The notes under the pieces: generated by a model
The model's database searches: none
What the model was told of the DNA's origin: nothing
The model's input: only the letters and a program-made list of their open reading frames with translations
Part shown: one piece after another, positions 24,901 through 39,900 of the stretch
How the letters are laid out: every line of letters begins with the position of its first letter
Position numbering within the stretch: the stretch's first letter is position 1
Assembly (NCBI GenBank): GCA_002633005.1
Contig: NMRA01000365.1
Location: 330,708-394,707 of the forward strand
Direction: 5' to 3'
Length of the DNA: 64,000 nt
Source of the DNA: Phoronis australis
Lineage: Eukaryota; Animalia; Phoronida
Made by a program: the position numbers and the translations under genes

Positions 24901-27900
24901 CATTATGTACTACTGTTTGTTGACGTGCAACCAATGGACGGCTTTTGACGGAGATTTTCGATGTCTGACTGCACGTTCATCGCGCAAAATCAGATTTCGC
25001 AGTAGGCCTACATTAGTAGCCAGCAATCTGTGGTTCTTCAGTTTTAAACGTTATTTTACAAAACCAAAGTTTAAATACATTCAAACTGACACATAAATAA
25101 ATCTGGAGGGCACTCAAATAACATTTGTTGGCACGAAAACACTTTCGGAATTGCTTTAGGAGCAATTGTGAAAAATATCGATGTGTATGAAGGCTGCCTG
25201 CCATGAACGTCACAAAATAGCCTCCATGAATTTGTGATTATGGTGATTTTTTGCCGTCAAGTCACCAGTCAAAGGATATTTAATGTGATCAAGTGAAAGA
25301 AGGCATTGAAAGATATGTTCAATGATTAGTTCCATGCATATTTGAGTAGAAAATTCTGAGCACACCAGTTTTTAGTGTCCAACCGTTATGTTTTATTACA
25401 GTCAGTTGTGTCACTGATGATAGCTGAACAAATAAACTCAAGGGCCAGTGGCTTTAAGCACATATGCTGCATTGGACCCGGTGCAGGGCTAATCAGATCA
25501 TGTCAAAAATGCAATCTCAAACACACAATAACAGATCTCCAGTTGGTACACATTATATGCCATGTCAAATTAGAGATGCCAACTCACTTCATAAACAACA
25601 TCTACAAAGTATTCTAAACATTTTTAAACATAGCACTTCGAGGAGTTTTTCCCACATGCATAAGCTGAATGGTCAGCACTAGGCTTAACCTTGGCATTTA
25701 TGTTACAGATCTTTCAAACCATAGACTATGTGAAGTACTCACCAACTTCTTCAGACCAGTCAGACCAGACAGTCCACATATGCCGCCACTGAGCGAGATC
25801 TGAGGCAGAACAATGCCACAAACTCCACGTAGTTTCAGCTCCTCCAAGTGCTCTAGTCGAGACATCTTGCCAAGATCAATCTTAGCATTGGCCGTCCTGG
25901 AAAGACAAGATTAATTTCTTGAAAAACCAACACATCACACTTCTCCTTCAAAACATCACAAAAACAGATGCATGTGTTAATAATAACCTCTTGATAACAA
26001 AATTTCTCTATATAAAATGTTCTCTAATCAAAGCCAGAGCACGAGCCAATGGTTCAACTTCTAAAGCCCTAAAGTGTAAGATGCAGTTCATCATTTGTCC
26101 CTGAATCAACTCCATTTCATCGAATCGTTGCTCATGAGTATCTGGAACAGTTTTCACTATCCACGAGTTCTTCTACTCATTTCACAAGATTAATTTGCCA
26201 GCCATGGAACCAATTTGAATTTTTGAGGGTTTTCACCAAGAGTGGCAACCAAGCTGATCACTCACTCACACACAATCCTTACCACATGTCCTGGCTGGAG
26301 CTCGAGTCTGTCGTCCACTCAGACACTAGTGAGACCAACTGCGGCATCTTCTCAGTGACTGCTTGCAGGACCGAGGCTGGACACTGACCCATATGAAGGT
26401 GCTGGACAGTGACCAGTTGAGACAAGGCACTGGTCAGCTGGGTCCAGGTGTTTGACCCGTCGTGTTGTAGCCCACGCAGGTCAAGGGATCGCGTGCCGTA
26501 CTTTGTGAAGTAAGTGCACGCTGCTGGCCAGTTAGAGACACGCGAGTCTTGCAGGGAAATGGATTTGCACTACAATCAAGAACACAATGCAAATACAAAA
26601 TAAACATTATATACTAAAACAACAAATTAAAAAATTATATACTAAAACAACAAATTAAATTTTATAAATTAATCATTACCACGTGTATGTTCAATTTGTT
26701 AAGTAAGAAAACCTCTTAACAGATAACTTACCAAAGAATTGTGTATTGCAACATTTCTCCAGGTCCGACAAACACAGCTTGCCCTGAAGACAGAAAGTTG
26801 CATTTTCTAAAATCTCCCAAAGCATTTATTGGATTAAGCAAACATTCTAAGCTTGAAAAGGGAGTAACTCAAGTTAGTGGAGGTGAATCCACAAGCTGAA
26901 GCTATCAATGCGCTCCTTTCAGTCCATCCTATTAGTGCGAGTATTATGGAAAGCTAATGCACGGTGTCAAGGAACCTACACAAAGGGTTCCACCCCATAA
27001 TATAAACTGACAAAACAATTTTCAAAGATAGCACTACACAGCTTTAAAATGTTCTTAGTAAATATACAAACTTTACAAAATCATCATGAGACAAATCGAC
27101 ACAACACATTATTTTACTTTAAAATATATTTGAAAGCCCTAATATTATAAAGTATCGCCTTCTTTGGGCAAAGCTAACAACCAAAATAAAATATTTTGAC
27201 AATCAAAATTTTCCATCAATACACAAAAAATCTCGTTCTCAAAGTGTCAAAGTTTCTCACATAACTTCCAGATCTAACCGTTAGCTGTTTTTTAATAGAA
27301 ACATCATAACACATTCAAAGTGGAAACTGCGAAAACTTAGAACTAATCAATGTCCTCTAATGAAACACCACCTATATTTTTAACTCGTAACATCTTCAAG
27401 CATTAAAACTGAAGTGGGAATTATGCACACGACTGTCTTAACTCTTATCAGTATCATTTCTGCACAAATCACCCAGTCTACAGCTTCTTGACACGGGAAC
27501 ATAGAGGTGCTTAAATAACAATGTTAAGTCACAGAAATAATACAATGGATTTATATTTAAAATATCCTATTACCGAGCCAATTCCTACTGAACACTTTGC
27601 AAGGTACCCTATTTGGGTAACAAAGAGTTCATCCTTAACGCAAAGGCAGCAACTACATTTTGACTAATTTGTACCGAAAAAACTCAACTACAAACAATAG
27701 AGACCCAAAGAAAATAAATCTGCCCCTTGCTTACCTCAAACGATCTCGAATTGTCAGGCATTTAAAAATCTCAAGAAGGCAATCAAAGCCAACGTGCAGC
27801 ATTTTGAAATGACAGACATTGATTTTCTTTACTCTCGGTCGTAGTTGTCTCCCCTCTTTCTGAACAGATGGTTTGGCCATCACCGGAACACCTGAAGCTC

Positions 27901-30900
27901 CTGATACACCTGTTTCTTCTGCTGATGCAGGTGTGGGAGCCATATGTAATGGAGGGGGTCCTACAGAGATAGATGAGGCGGGCGGAAGGGCCGGAGCTAC
28001 CTGCAGGGGCTTTTGCACCTCGGTGTCCTTGGAGCTCTCCTTCAAGGTGCCCTCAGGGAGGAGAATACGCAGTCCCTGAGGCGTGAAGACGAACGAGGAC
28101 GGCTGTATCACCAACTGTTGGTTGTTGATGCGCAGTGCCAACGGCTGTTGGAGGTTCAACTTGGTCAGAACATTGGGCGGTAGAGCTAGTAGCTGTCCCT
28201 TCAGGCCAGGAGGAGCCGAGCTGACCTGATATTGCGTGTTGCCAGGCGATGAGTTGGTCACCATGGTGGGTTGCGGAAGGGGTCCCCCAATAAATATTGG
28301 TTTGCTCTTCGCTGACACTAGCGGAGGGGGTGGTGGAACAGGTGGTACGGGAGGTGGTTGTTGTAGTCCCATTACAGAAGCTTTATTGGACATCAACGTC
28401 CTCAGCACACTGTGATGGTGTAATGGAGGAGGTTTGTGCTGCAGTTGTTGGCTCAACTGGTGTTGGTGTTGTTGCTGACCAGGTCCCGTTAGCGCCGGTG
28501 GTGTGCGCGTCAGACCATGAAGTAATGGTGAAGCAGCAGGACTTGGGGATGATGTGGGTGCCTTGTGCAGTGGGGGCATGGGTTTGGGGATCAGGGTGGG
28601 GTCGGGCCGAGACAAGGCCTCTCTACCATTCATATCGGCATGGGAAACTACATCCGTGATCTTCAGATCTGAAGGCTCCCTGGCCGAAGTTTCAGCAACT
28701 TCCTTTGACGCTATGCCACCAAGCTTGACACATCGCTGCAACAAGAATGAGACATTCATGAAACAACAAAACTCTTTGTAATAGCAAGGTCAACCCTTGT
28801 ATACGACCCCTTACAGTCTCAAGCATTTTCAAAGAATCTTCACAAAAAACAGACCAAAACTAGGTTCGACACTCTTTGCAAACAACTTAATATTGATCTG
28901 GAGCTAGTTGGAAGCCTACAACCCAACCTGCATATTGTTAACAATATTTCGAGCTGGTACAAACCCACCTTCCCTAAAAATAGCTTTTTTGGTCTACTTT
29001 CAATTATGAAATTGGTTTCAACTTGTTGCAGACACGTTAGATGTGATTATTAGGCTTGCACAGTCATTTTTGTCATTTTTTTATTGTTGAAATCTGGTTC
29101 AACAAGTTTGGTTGTCAGAGAAAGCCATTTTATGGGCAGATCATGCTCTCAAGTAAACAAAAAGTTGAGACACGAGACAAATGCTGTAATAGGCAGCAAT
29201 ATGTTACAATTTCGTAAAATGTAACAACTACTACACTTTATATAATTGTTACATTTTACGTTGCTAGGAATCTCCCAAAATGTAGCCAGTTGATACGATT
29301 TATGTAATTGTTAAAATTTACGTCGATGCATGGTATTTGTCACACAGAGGAAGACGGTTTACACACTTAACAGCTTCTTTATCAAATTGTTTGGATGAAG
29401 TTCTGTCAAATGTGCTGGCTTGAATTTATGTTCCTATGTGCTTTCCATTGATTTTTTGAAATGAATAGCTTTTTAGTAAAGTCAAAAATGTAAAAGTTTC
29501 AGCTCAAGACGAAAGGAGTTTCCAGGAACAGGTAGCAAGTTTGTTATTGATAAAGCATTTTTGCAATCTTTTGTTGCACTCACAGGTCATAAACCACTTG
29601 TGTAACCAGCATTACAGTAAACACACTTCCCTTCAAGTTCGTAAGCACAATAGAAACAATGTCATCGTATTTATATACCGTATGTAACAAAACCTATGTG
29701 ATGAAAATTCTTGATTATTGTATCTATATACGTGATATTCAAGCCAATAAACACGAGCGAGAAATACACCTATCACGTGAACTAGTTTTAAGACGAGCAA
29801 TTACACGAATCTTTAGAGTGCTAAACGGTAGCATTTTTGTTAACATGTCATTGTGGAATTGCAACGAAATTTAAACTCATAAAGTGTGTTTATTCCATGT
29901 AAAATAGCAGCAATTATAAACTTATAACCATACGGAACAAATTTAACATGAAATAACGAATTAACTGGCAAATAGCCCTCTGCTACTTGTTCTACCGCAG
30001 TACCGGACTGGCAGTAGGTTGAGCAGACGATCAGAACAAGATGTGTTAAAGAAGATAATTAATTGGAAAATTTCATTGAATTAACAAAATAAAATTATGA
30101 TACAAAACTTTTTATAACTATTATCAATTTTATTTGCTTGCATTGACTAAAAACAATTCGGTTAGGACCCAGCCGAAGGTGTTTGGCATAGCTGTTTACC
30201 ATAGCAACGACTGACTCATGATTAGTAGGCCAAATGAGGTCGCTGTATCATTTAGGTTGCGTATTTGTTTACTTTAAAAACACTGCTTTCATCCTAATTT
30301 TCATCAAGTTTGTTGAAATTAAAAATTTAGTTGGTATTTGACAGATATGTTAATGATTTGAGCTCTATATTTGGTCCAGTTGTCATTTGTAAGGTGTTTT
30401 TCAATTATTGGTGAAACTAACACCAGTAGAGAATTGAGAGACGCGAGTGGTACTATATATTAAGCAGATGAGCTTTAACAACTACTGTAATTCGTATGGA
30501 TTTAATCTGCCAAATACCGCAATCCTTACAGCATTCCCAGCGTTATTTTCTCAAGAGATGATAAAGGTTATCTGCTCTAGGAAGAATATGAAAAAGCAGT
30601 TCTGTCATATTTCACAGTGTGATAACACTTAATTCATGGCCGTATGATTATGGCTAAATCATATTTCTTCAGGAAAAAAGGACCACAATTTTTTTCACAG
30701 AGAATTCAATTTCGGGAGCCAATTTGATAGAAAAATCGCACATTTTAGTCCTATTAGTTATATAAGAAACAATTCTGTGCTTTAAAGTCTAAACAAGATT
30801 TTAAATCTCAACCTCCTCATTTCCAAAAACTAGGCCAGGTACTCACTCTGCAGCTACAGCTATCAAAATGTTTCTCACACTATCGTTAAGGTTGAAACTA

Positions 30901-33900
30901 GGAACCCCTTTGAAACCCTTTTGAAACAGCACTCGCAGTTCTTTGTGGGAAGCCCGGTGACAATATTGAACCACAAATGAGATGATTTAAAATCTTTGAG
31001 GCCCATAATGTATTAGCACTTTGCTAAGCATGTATTGTGTGTCCTTGTTAAATAAATTCAATAGTAGCAGTAGCAGTTACGGTAGCAGTAACAGTAGTAT
31101 TAATTGCATTAATAGTAATGATATTGATTAGCCAAAATTCCTGCCGGTTATTCCTATAGAAGAGGTATACAAAAAGTGCCACCCAAAAGGTATTTCAGCA
31201 AAACAATACTATCTAAAGGGTGCCTTTTCTGAATTTCTGAAACAGAAATATGCGAAAATGTGAATTTTTACTGAAAATTACTCTCTAAATGCGTAACTTT
31301 TTGTCCTAGTCCACTCTCTAAATGGGTTGGTATCCATACTTTCAGACAGCACCTCTCGTCCAAAATACTTGAGTATCCTCCGCCGTGTCAGACACCACTT
31401 GTTTGTGATTTTAGTCATTTCCTTTTGTCATATGATGTTGGTTTCATAAAACATAGCAATGATACATTTTCGCATGCCATTGCATTCCATGTAAAATGTA
31501 ACAGTTATGTAAAATACGACAACTTGTTACAAAACTGCTTCATTCCACAGTGTATCAATGCTCTGATATGCCCTAAAATATAACAATTTTGTAAAATGTA
31601 ACAACTATTACTTTTTATGTCATTGTTACATTTTACCTTGCTAGGCCTCCCCTAAAAAGTAACAAGTTGTAAATAAATGCATATGCAAGAAATGAACCAT
31701 TGTTACATTATATGAAAGCGGATAGCGATGTCATATTTTATGAGTTTGCATGGTACTTGTCACACGGAGAAAAACGGTTGATACACTTAACGACTTCTTT
31801 CTCGGATTCTTTGAATGAATTTCTATCAAATGTGTCAGCTCGAATTTATAGGTGTGTCCCTGTGGGCTTTCCACTGTTTTTGTAACACGAGTAGTTTCTA
31901 CATGTACCCCGCACAGTTTCAACTATAGACAAAATGAGTTTCCAGGATCAGGTAACACGTTTTTATTGTTCAGGCGTTCTATTGTTAGCGCTCATAGGTC
32001 ACACCCAATTGTGTGTCCGACATTACAGTAAACACACTTCCCTTGGTACCCTGTAAGCACAACAGAAACAATGTCATCGTATTTTGACTAATATTTATCA
32101 TATTTCTTCGAGAACAAACGTTAATAATGTTTTCAACGAATTCAGTCAAGGAAACTTTTTACTTGAATCGTTTTGCTACATCGCAAAAAGCGCATATTAA
32201 ATATCACTGACTTCAACGTTGCCCGTTTTTGTTCCGTAAAACCCACTTTCAATGAAACCTAGTTCAAATCACTCAGTAAAATCACTGAATATTGGGACCC
32301 GTTCCACATAAAATTGTTGCGTATTTTGTATGTCTGCTACCAGTTATTCTAATGATCCAGTGACCCCAGCCATAGCCGACCTGTTGTTAGTTCTTAAAAA
32401 ATGTCTATTAGTAACTTCAGAATTCAACTAAAACCATTTTTGGAACGAACTCTAGTTCTTTGAAAAGGAATGTATTCAACGAGAGACAATAACGACAACA
32501 CGGTGGGTATACTCATGTTTAGATTAAGTGGCAAGTAAAAGATTACAGTTTATTATTTATTTATTTATTATTGTGATATTTAAAATGAGGGTGGCCTCTT
32601 CAGCGACAGCACTGCTTTCCAAGAGGGCCCTCAACAAGAGAAACAGTAATATAATACAATGAAGTAATAAAACAACAATGAAATATATGTAACAAAGATA
32701 CAATTAAAACTGGTTGAGAATTAAGACAATAACTAAATGACAAATAATGGTAAAAATTTAACTAAGACAGATGAAATAAATTAAGAGATGACTCTAGAGA
32801 GTGAGAGTATTTACGACAATGAAAAAATGACATGTTTAAGACAGGCAGGGTATAAAAGGTTAAGTAAATTACAGCCACTTTTTAATATTTACTTTAAAGG
32901 TAGTAATTGAATTGGACCGTTTAATTTCTGGGCTAAGAGAATTCCATATTAAAGCAGCTGCATAGATAAAAGATCTCTTGCCCGTCTCGCTTTTAATTTT
33001 TTTAGAAGAAACATTGCCAGCAACAGAGGAACGTGTAGAATATACAGCCTGACTGCTATTGAATTTACGGCTGAGATATGCTGGAGCCAAGCCATTGATA
33101 CATCTGTACATGCAACAGGCAGATATATTTATTTCTTTGTCTTACTTTCATAAATCCCAGCTTGGAATACAAGTCGTCAACCCTAGTGTCCCTAATTTTA
33201 GTACCTAGGATAGCCCTGGCGGCTCTATTTTGGATTACTTGGACTTTGCTGACAAGTGTGTCACTAGTGTGCCCCCAAACCGGTAAACAATAATCAATAT
33301 GAGGCTGAATAATAGAATGGTAAAGGGTGTTAAGAGTACTGACATTAAGAAATTTGCCTAGACGTTTAAGCACACTGATTTTCTTTGATAATCTCTTTGT
33401 GATATGATCTATGTGCATATTAAATTTAAGATTGGGATCTAAAGTAAGGCCCAAGTACTTAAACTTGTCAACATTCTCGGTGGGAGAACCGTTGATAGAA
33501 AGGGATAGTTTTTGTTGTCTGAATTCAGTTCTTCAGGGCAAACTACAGAAGGATACAGTTATATTTACAAACGTGTGTGCCGATAGATCAGAAATAATCA
33601 ATTTTTGAAATGGTGCACGTCTTAACAAGACTTTTAATCTCAACCTTTTCGTTTCCAAAAACTAGACCTACTCTGTGTCCACAGCTGTCATGACATTTCT
33701 CACAACACAGTAAAGGCTGAACATAGGAACCCCATTAAGCACTAGCTGTCCATTATGAGAAGCCCAGTGAAAACATTGAACCATAAATGAGATGATTTTA
33801 AAATCTTTGAGGACCATGATGTATTAGCACTTTGCTAAAACATGTATTATAATAAATTTCGCCAAGTATGTTGGTGTGACATCAATTTTTTTTGTTCGCT

Positions 33901-36900
33901 CTCTACAGGTTGCAATTTGCGCCCAATTTTCACGAAATTTGCACACTACGAGTATATTAGAAAGTCCTGGAAGCCTATTGTTTTTGGTCATGATCGGATT
34001 CAAAATGGCGGACGTGGCGGCCATTTTGTTTCCAATTTCACATTCAAATGCTCATAGAGGCCGCATTTTTTGACATACAGGGCTGAAACTTGGTACGATT
34101 ATTACAGAACACTTGCTACAACTGTGCCCAAAATCGTTGACTTTCAGTTAAAGATGGCAAAAATGTTAACGATGGCGCATGCGCACCTCGATAACTGGCC
34201 GAAAACATTTTTTCCTGTAGAGGGCGCATTGGCGAACCAATCATTTTCAAACTAGTCACGTGTTTGTTGCTATTGATTGGCTTTATAAAATTTTGTTTAA
34301 CCGGAAGTTACTTTCAAGATAGCGGCTCTGGCGCATTTTCACCAGTTTTCAATTGTTCTACGGTCGCATTTTTAACGGGAAAAGCAAATGACGTGAAGTT
34401 TTGCATGTGGATTCCTTGAAGTTTTCTCTTTCAAAAGTCCTGCGATAACGTTTTTCTCAGACTTACCATTTCCGAGTTATTTGACTTTGAATTTCAAAAA
34501 AAAAAATTATGGAATGTTGCGACACTATCAATTTAGACAGAATTTCAGAAGATATTTTCCATTTTTCGCAAGGATGTCTATTTTTTTGAATTATTTGAGA
34601 TTTTCTGACAACGCTGTTCCTTTGTTGAAGCGCTCTTACTGCATTGATGATGGTTTAGTTTATTTGAACAAGACTGTAGCTTATTTCTTATTAATTTATG
34701 ACATCTAACTTCGTCGTATGAATGTTATGATGTTGTTCATAATCGCCACCTTCATCATCACAATCATCATCGTTGTTAATTTTGCCTGTCGCTCAAGATT
34801 GTAGGTAGCACTGAACGGCCAGGCCGCGGCCACGGAACATTTTCTAAACCCTAGAATTTATGTTGAGGGCGTGTGTCAGGTTTGGCGGGTGGTTTGAGGA
34901 AATTGTTGACAACAATTGCTAGGAAACTTATTTACTTGTGTTTTTAAATGAGAAAAGCCAAGTTTTACCTACTTTTGATGCAAACTGGTGGCTGTCATTT
35001 GCTATCAACCACTGTCGTCTGCTGTCCGAGAAACCAGGTGCGATTTCAGGTGGCTGTCAGACAGATCAAATTTGCCAAAAAAGTAGCTGGTAAGAGGCTT
35101 ACTATGACCACATAGTTAGAATCTAGTGAGGACGAGCATTTTGAATCTGTAGTCAGACTCTTTCTAGCACTTGCAGGGAAGTGGTTATTTCGGGGAGAAA
35201 ATTGTCAAATTTGGCGTTTTTTGCAAATAGTTTTATTTGCCAGGATTTTCTTGCCATGTATATGAAATCTGTACAGTTCGATAGTTTTAACAGGCTTTCA
35301 TAAGATATTTTTCATTTCTCGCTAGTCGTCATGATCGTCGTCGCCCTCCCCATCATCCTGTTTTCGCGTAATTTGTCCAAGTTTCGCTCCTCTGAGCGCA
35401 CTCGCACTGTTGCCAGTTTCATTCAGCACTTGCCGGTCTTATGTGATAAAAATTCAACATTTGTCTCGGTAAGGCCCATATTAGTCGCCGTGTGGCTGAA
35501 TGCGTACGTATCTATCTGACTGTTATTTTCTGGTGTAAGGGTGAGTAAGCATTCACTGTCAGTGGTCATTTTATCGGATATTTAGCTTCAAAACACCAAT
35601 TATAGTTAATCAAACAATTCATCTTAAAAATAACGGAAACATTTTTATAGTATTAGAAACTGTCGGAAGTAAGAGTCAATATTCATTTCTTGTCGATGCT
35701 ATGCTACCCGTTTCATGAATGGATAGTTCCTGATTAATGTTTTTGATGACAGGTTCATGTATGTAGCGCGCGCTTCCTGGCCACGTGCTGTTTACACTGG
35801 CCAAGCTTCTTATTAGTCGATTCGCGATTTTTACTTGTACAAAAAAACTGGAATTCTGTTGAAAGCGGGGGAATATCTATAAAGCAATCCTGTAGACAAG
35901 TACACAACATCTGTTCTGAAAGGCTAGACAATTGGTCCTCGCAAGATCAGCAAAACTTTTATGTTCGTTTTGAGGCATGGCGGAAGTTTGAAGTGTATAG
36001 TCACGGCTAAATACCGACATAGCGGCAAGGCTCGTGGTCTACAAATTCTGCGCACAATGATTTTTTTCAGGACTGTCGGATATTATTGATAAATTGAAGA
36101 CGTTACTGTAGAATTTCCGGACTGTAGGTAAGGCATTTTTCACACGTACATGTTCATGGACTAGGTGCTTATTTTAGTAAAGTCTGAAAACGCGTGGGGG
36201 GTGCTTACAGGGGCATGGGCGGTTATTACAGCGAATACGGTATTTCAGACAGTTTGGATATCATAGGGACAATGATATTTCTTTCAGCTTTTAAGCTGTA
36301 TAAAACACGTTACTATGCCGACACATTTACAAACTATAGGCTGGCCCTTTTCAAAGGCGATATTTTGCTGTTGCTTTCACAAAATCTGTCAACCTGTCTG
36401 CAAATAAATGCGTGCTTCTATTTCCTTTCACCATGTCTTTAAGAAATTGTCATTCGTAACTAAGTTGGTAGAGAGAGCCCGTCAGCATCACAAACTTTGG
36501 TTTTGCTCCTATTGTGTGGAGCAGGGCAATTACTAAATTAGCGATGACTGCAAGGCACCAAAACACTGGCAGAAATAAACCAAACTATTGTAGACTAAAA
36601 CTGGTGTTTTTTCTATCATACTGGCTTGCGAAAACGAATTCAGCGTGAAAATGTTGTTATTGTCGTTTGTGCTCGAAGAAATACGATGCCATCGTTTTGC
36701 TTGCCAAGAGAAGTGTGTTTACTGTAATGCTAGATATGGTTTATGAGCTGTGTCAACAAAAGATTGCAAGAACGCTTTAACAATAAAAAAACTTGTTACC
36801 TGATCTTGGAAACTCCTTTCGTGTGATGTTGAAACTGTACGCTGTACATTTTTGACTATACCATGAAACTAATCATGTTTAAAAAACATGGACAGCACAT

Positions 36901-39900
36901 CGGGACACATCTATATATTCGACCTGATGCAATTGATAGAATTTCATTTACACAATCCGAGAAAGAAGGCATTTAGTGAGTGAACACTTTTCCTCCAGGT
37001 GACAAATACCATGCAAACTCATGAAATATGACCTTGCTTTTGTACATTTCTTGCATGTGCATTCCAGTAAAATGTTACAAATACATAAAATGTAACAACT
37101 TGTTACATTTTAAGAGAGGCCTAGCAACATAAAATGTAACAATGGCATAAAATGTAACAGTTGTTACATTTTACGAAATTGTTACATTTTATGGCATATC
37201 AGTGCCATTTTCAACAAAGTACGATCTAAGAGGGTACTTTTTCTGAATTTCTGGAACAGAAATGTGCATAAAATGTGAACTTTTACACAAAATTAGACTC
37301 TAAATGGGTCACTTTTTGTCCAAGCCAACTCTCTAAAGGGGTAGGTATTCAAATTTTTCGGGCGACATCCCTCATCCAAAAATACCCCCGCCTGTGTCAG
37401 ATACCACTTGTTCGTGATTTTGGCCATTTTCTTTGTAGTATGACGATGGTTTCGTAAAATGTAACAATGGTACATTTCTCGCATGTGCATTCCACCTAAA
37501 ATGTAACAACTACATAAAATGTGAGCCCGCGAGATACATCATTAGTGCAAAGGTCACATGTTTGCAGAATTTCTTGTTTTCACATTAATAAGGTGTCACT
37601 GAATACAACTGCTCTTTGTTTAGGTTAGACTATGCTAAGATAGCATTGCTGATTAGTTCCTACTATACATTGGCATAGTTAGGAGATGCGAATACATCTT
37701 AAGGTCTTTTAACCAAAGAGTTCTTCTGTCAAAATGAAGACGTCAGCATTCCTTGAAAATAACCCAAGCATTTCCTGGAAGTCAAGCTCTTAGGATTAAA
37801 GACCTTAAAACAAAATCTCACACAGAGGCTAAATTTGCAAGTTTTTGACGAAAAAAATAATGGTTGTGGAAAATACACCTACATCTGTGAAAAATTACAA
37901 TTTTAAGGAAAATGCAGTCATCTGATTACGAACATCTGCGCATTGCTTTTGTGTAAATGAAATTCCATGATAACCCAGTATTTAAAAATACATGGTTTTA
38001 TGCATCTACCATCAGTACTTAAAGGCGAAGGCAACCTTTTTTCAAGTCATTTTTAGCAAAAATAGGGTTCTTTGATTATCCCAGACATATTTTTCACTTA
38101 TTTACAGTTTTTCGTAATTTAATTAATTACTCGTCGTCTACTCCGGAAGTGACATTTTGGGAGGCAAGAATTTCGCGCCAATTTCTTTTCATACAGTCTG
38201 ACTGTGAGAGCAGTCGAGTCAGCCATTGTTCTACCTCGGTTGTGATAAGTTCGGTCTTCGTTTGCTTTCAGTTTGTTTACGAGTCAGTCAACATGCCATG
38301 CTGTTCCTGCCTACCGAGATGTACTCATTATCGTCTCACGTACAGAGGAAGAACTGTCCCACTTGCCCGAGTGTCCCGCGACACACTCCCGATGGTGACT
38401 TGAGCACCCAAACTGCTTACATCCCGCCGTGCGACTCCCTCGTCACACACGTGGCACCTTCTAAATAGCTCCAATACAAAACCACAATAAACTTAGGTTC
38501 ACCGATCTGTGATGACGAACTGTCTTTTTCACTGGGTATCAAACTGGGACTGTATTCACTCTCACTACTCAACATCGCTGCAGGGCTGCTTACAGGCTCT
38601 GGGCTAGAGACAACAGCACACGGGGAATCACTGCTAGTTCCTGGACTTGCACGCTATTGTGTACGTTCGGAGGCATGGGTGACAGTAGATGAAGTGCCTC
38701 CAGTCACTGTTTATAGTGGCTACAGCTCGCGAGGCTTCTCGCTTCACTGAAAAACGAACTTCTCCGGGGTGGCGACGGTGCACTGTCGGGAATCAATAGC
38801 GACGGTATGGAACTCTTCTTCAGGCGTTGTTTTGCAGGGACCTTCATCAATTCAGCGTACGTACATATCTCTGTCGTAATCTGACGGCTGAAAATGCTTG
38901 CCACTGTTTTGTACGTTGAGTGAACGGGTAGCGCTGCCTTCTTCACACGAATCAGCTAGCCAAGTATGGCAAAGTGTGTCATCCTTCGGAAAGCAATGCA
39001 AGGTACCCAAAGCGCGTGAGACGATAATGAGTACATCCTGGTATGCAGCAACAGCGTGGCATGTTGACTGACTCGTAAACCAAAGCAAATGACCGCCAAA
39101 CTTATCACATCCGAGGTAGAACAATGACTGACTTGACAGCTCTCACAGTCTGACTGTATGAAAAGAAATTCTTGCCTCCCAAAATGTCACTTCCGGAGTA
39201 GAGGACGAGAAATAAATTAAATTACGAAAAGCCGTAATTAAGTGAAAAATATGTTTGGGATAATCAACAGACCTTATTTTTGCTAAAAGTGACATGAAAA
39301 AAGGTTGCCTTCGCCTTAAAGTTATTTAAGAAATTTAATCCTTGGTAACGAAGGTAGGCAACTCAGTATTAAATATCATCTTTCTTAACAGTTATTTGTG
39401 AAAAAGTCACTCACCAAGCAGATGAATATATCCGGCTTTTCAGAGCTGACAAAGTTGACACATTTATGGTGGAACAGGCACATACATAGTCCACAGTGCA
39501 GTGTGGGATGAACACCCTCCAGGCCGGGGCACTTCAAACTGCAGATCTGTACAGGTGGGTCTACCGAGTAACTGCAACATACGTAGCACACAGCATCAGA
39601 AAAAAAACAGTATATCCGGCTTGGATAACATACAGTGTCCAACAAATGCGACATTTTCAGAGATCATTTAAGGAATTGACCCACACGGATTTAAGAGAAT
39701 TTGAAGGACTTGTGGGCCATGTTTAATTTTTTATGCTTTTTCGTTTTCAACTTTAATGGACCCATTGGCCCAAGTTAAGCAATAACAGTGTGTTAATGAA
39801 ATTATTTTTGCACACTCCTAAAATTATCCCTGCATTTTCAATTGTCATCACTTCCTTTATACAACGCAAATTGACACGGCTCAGATTGACAAGGTTCAGA

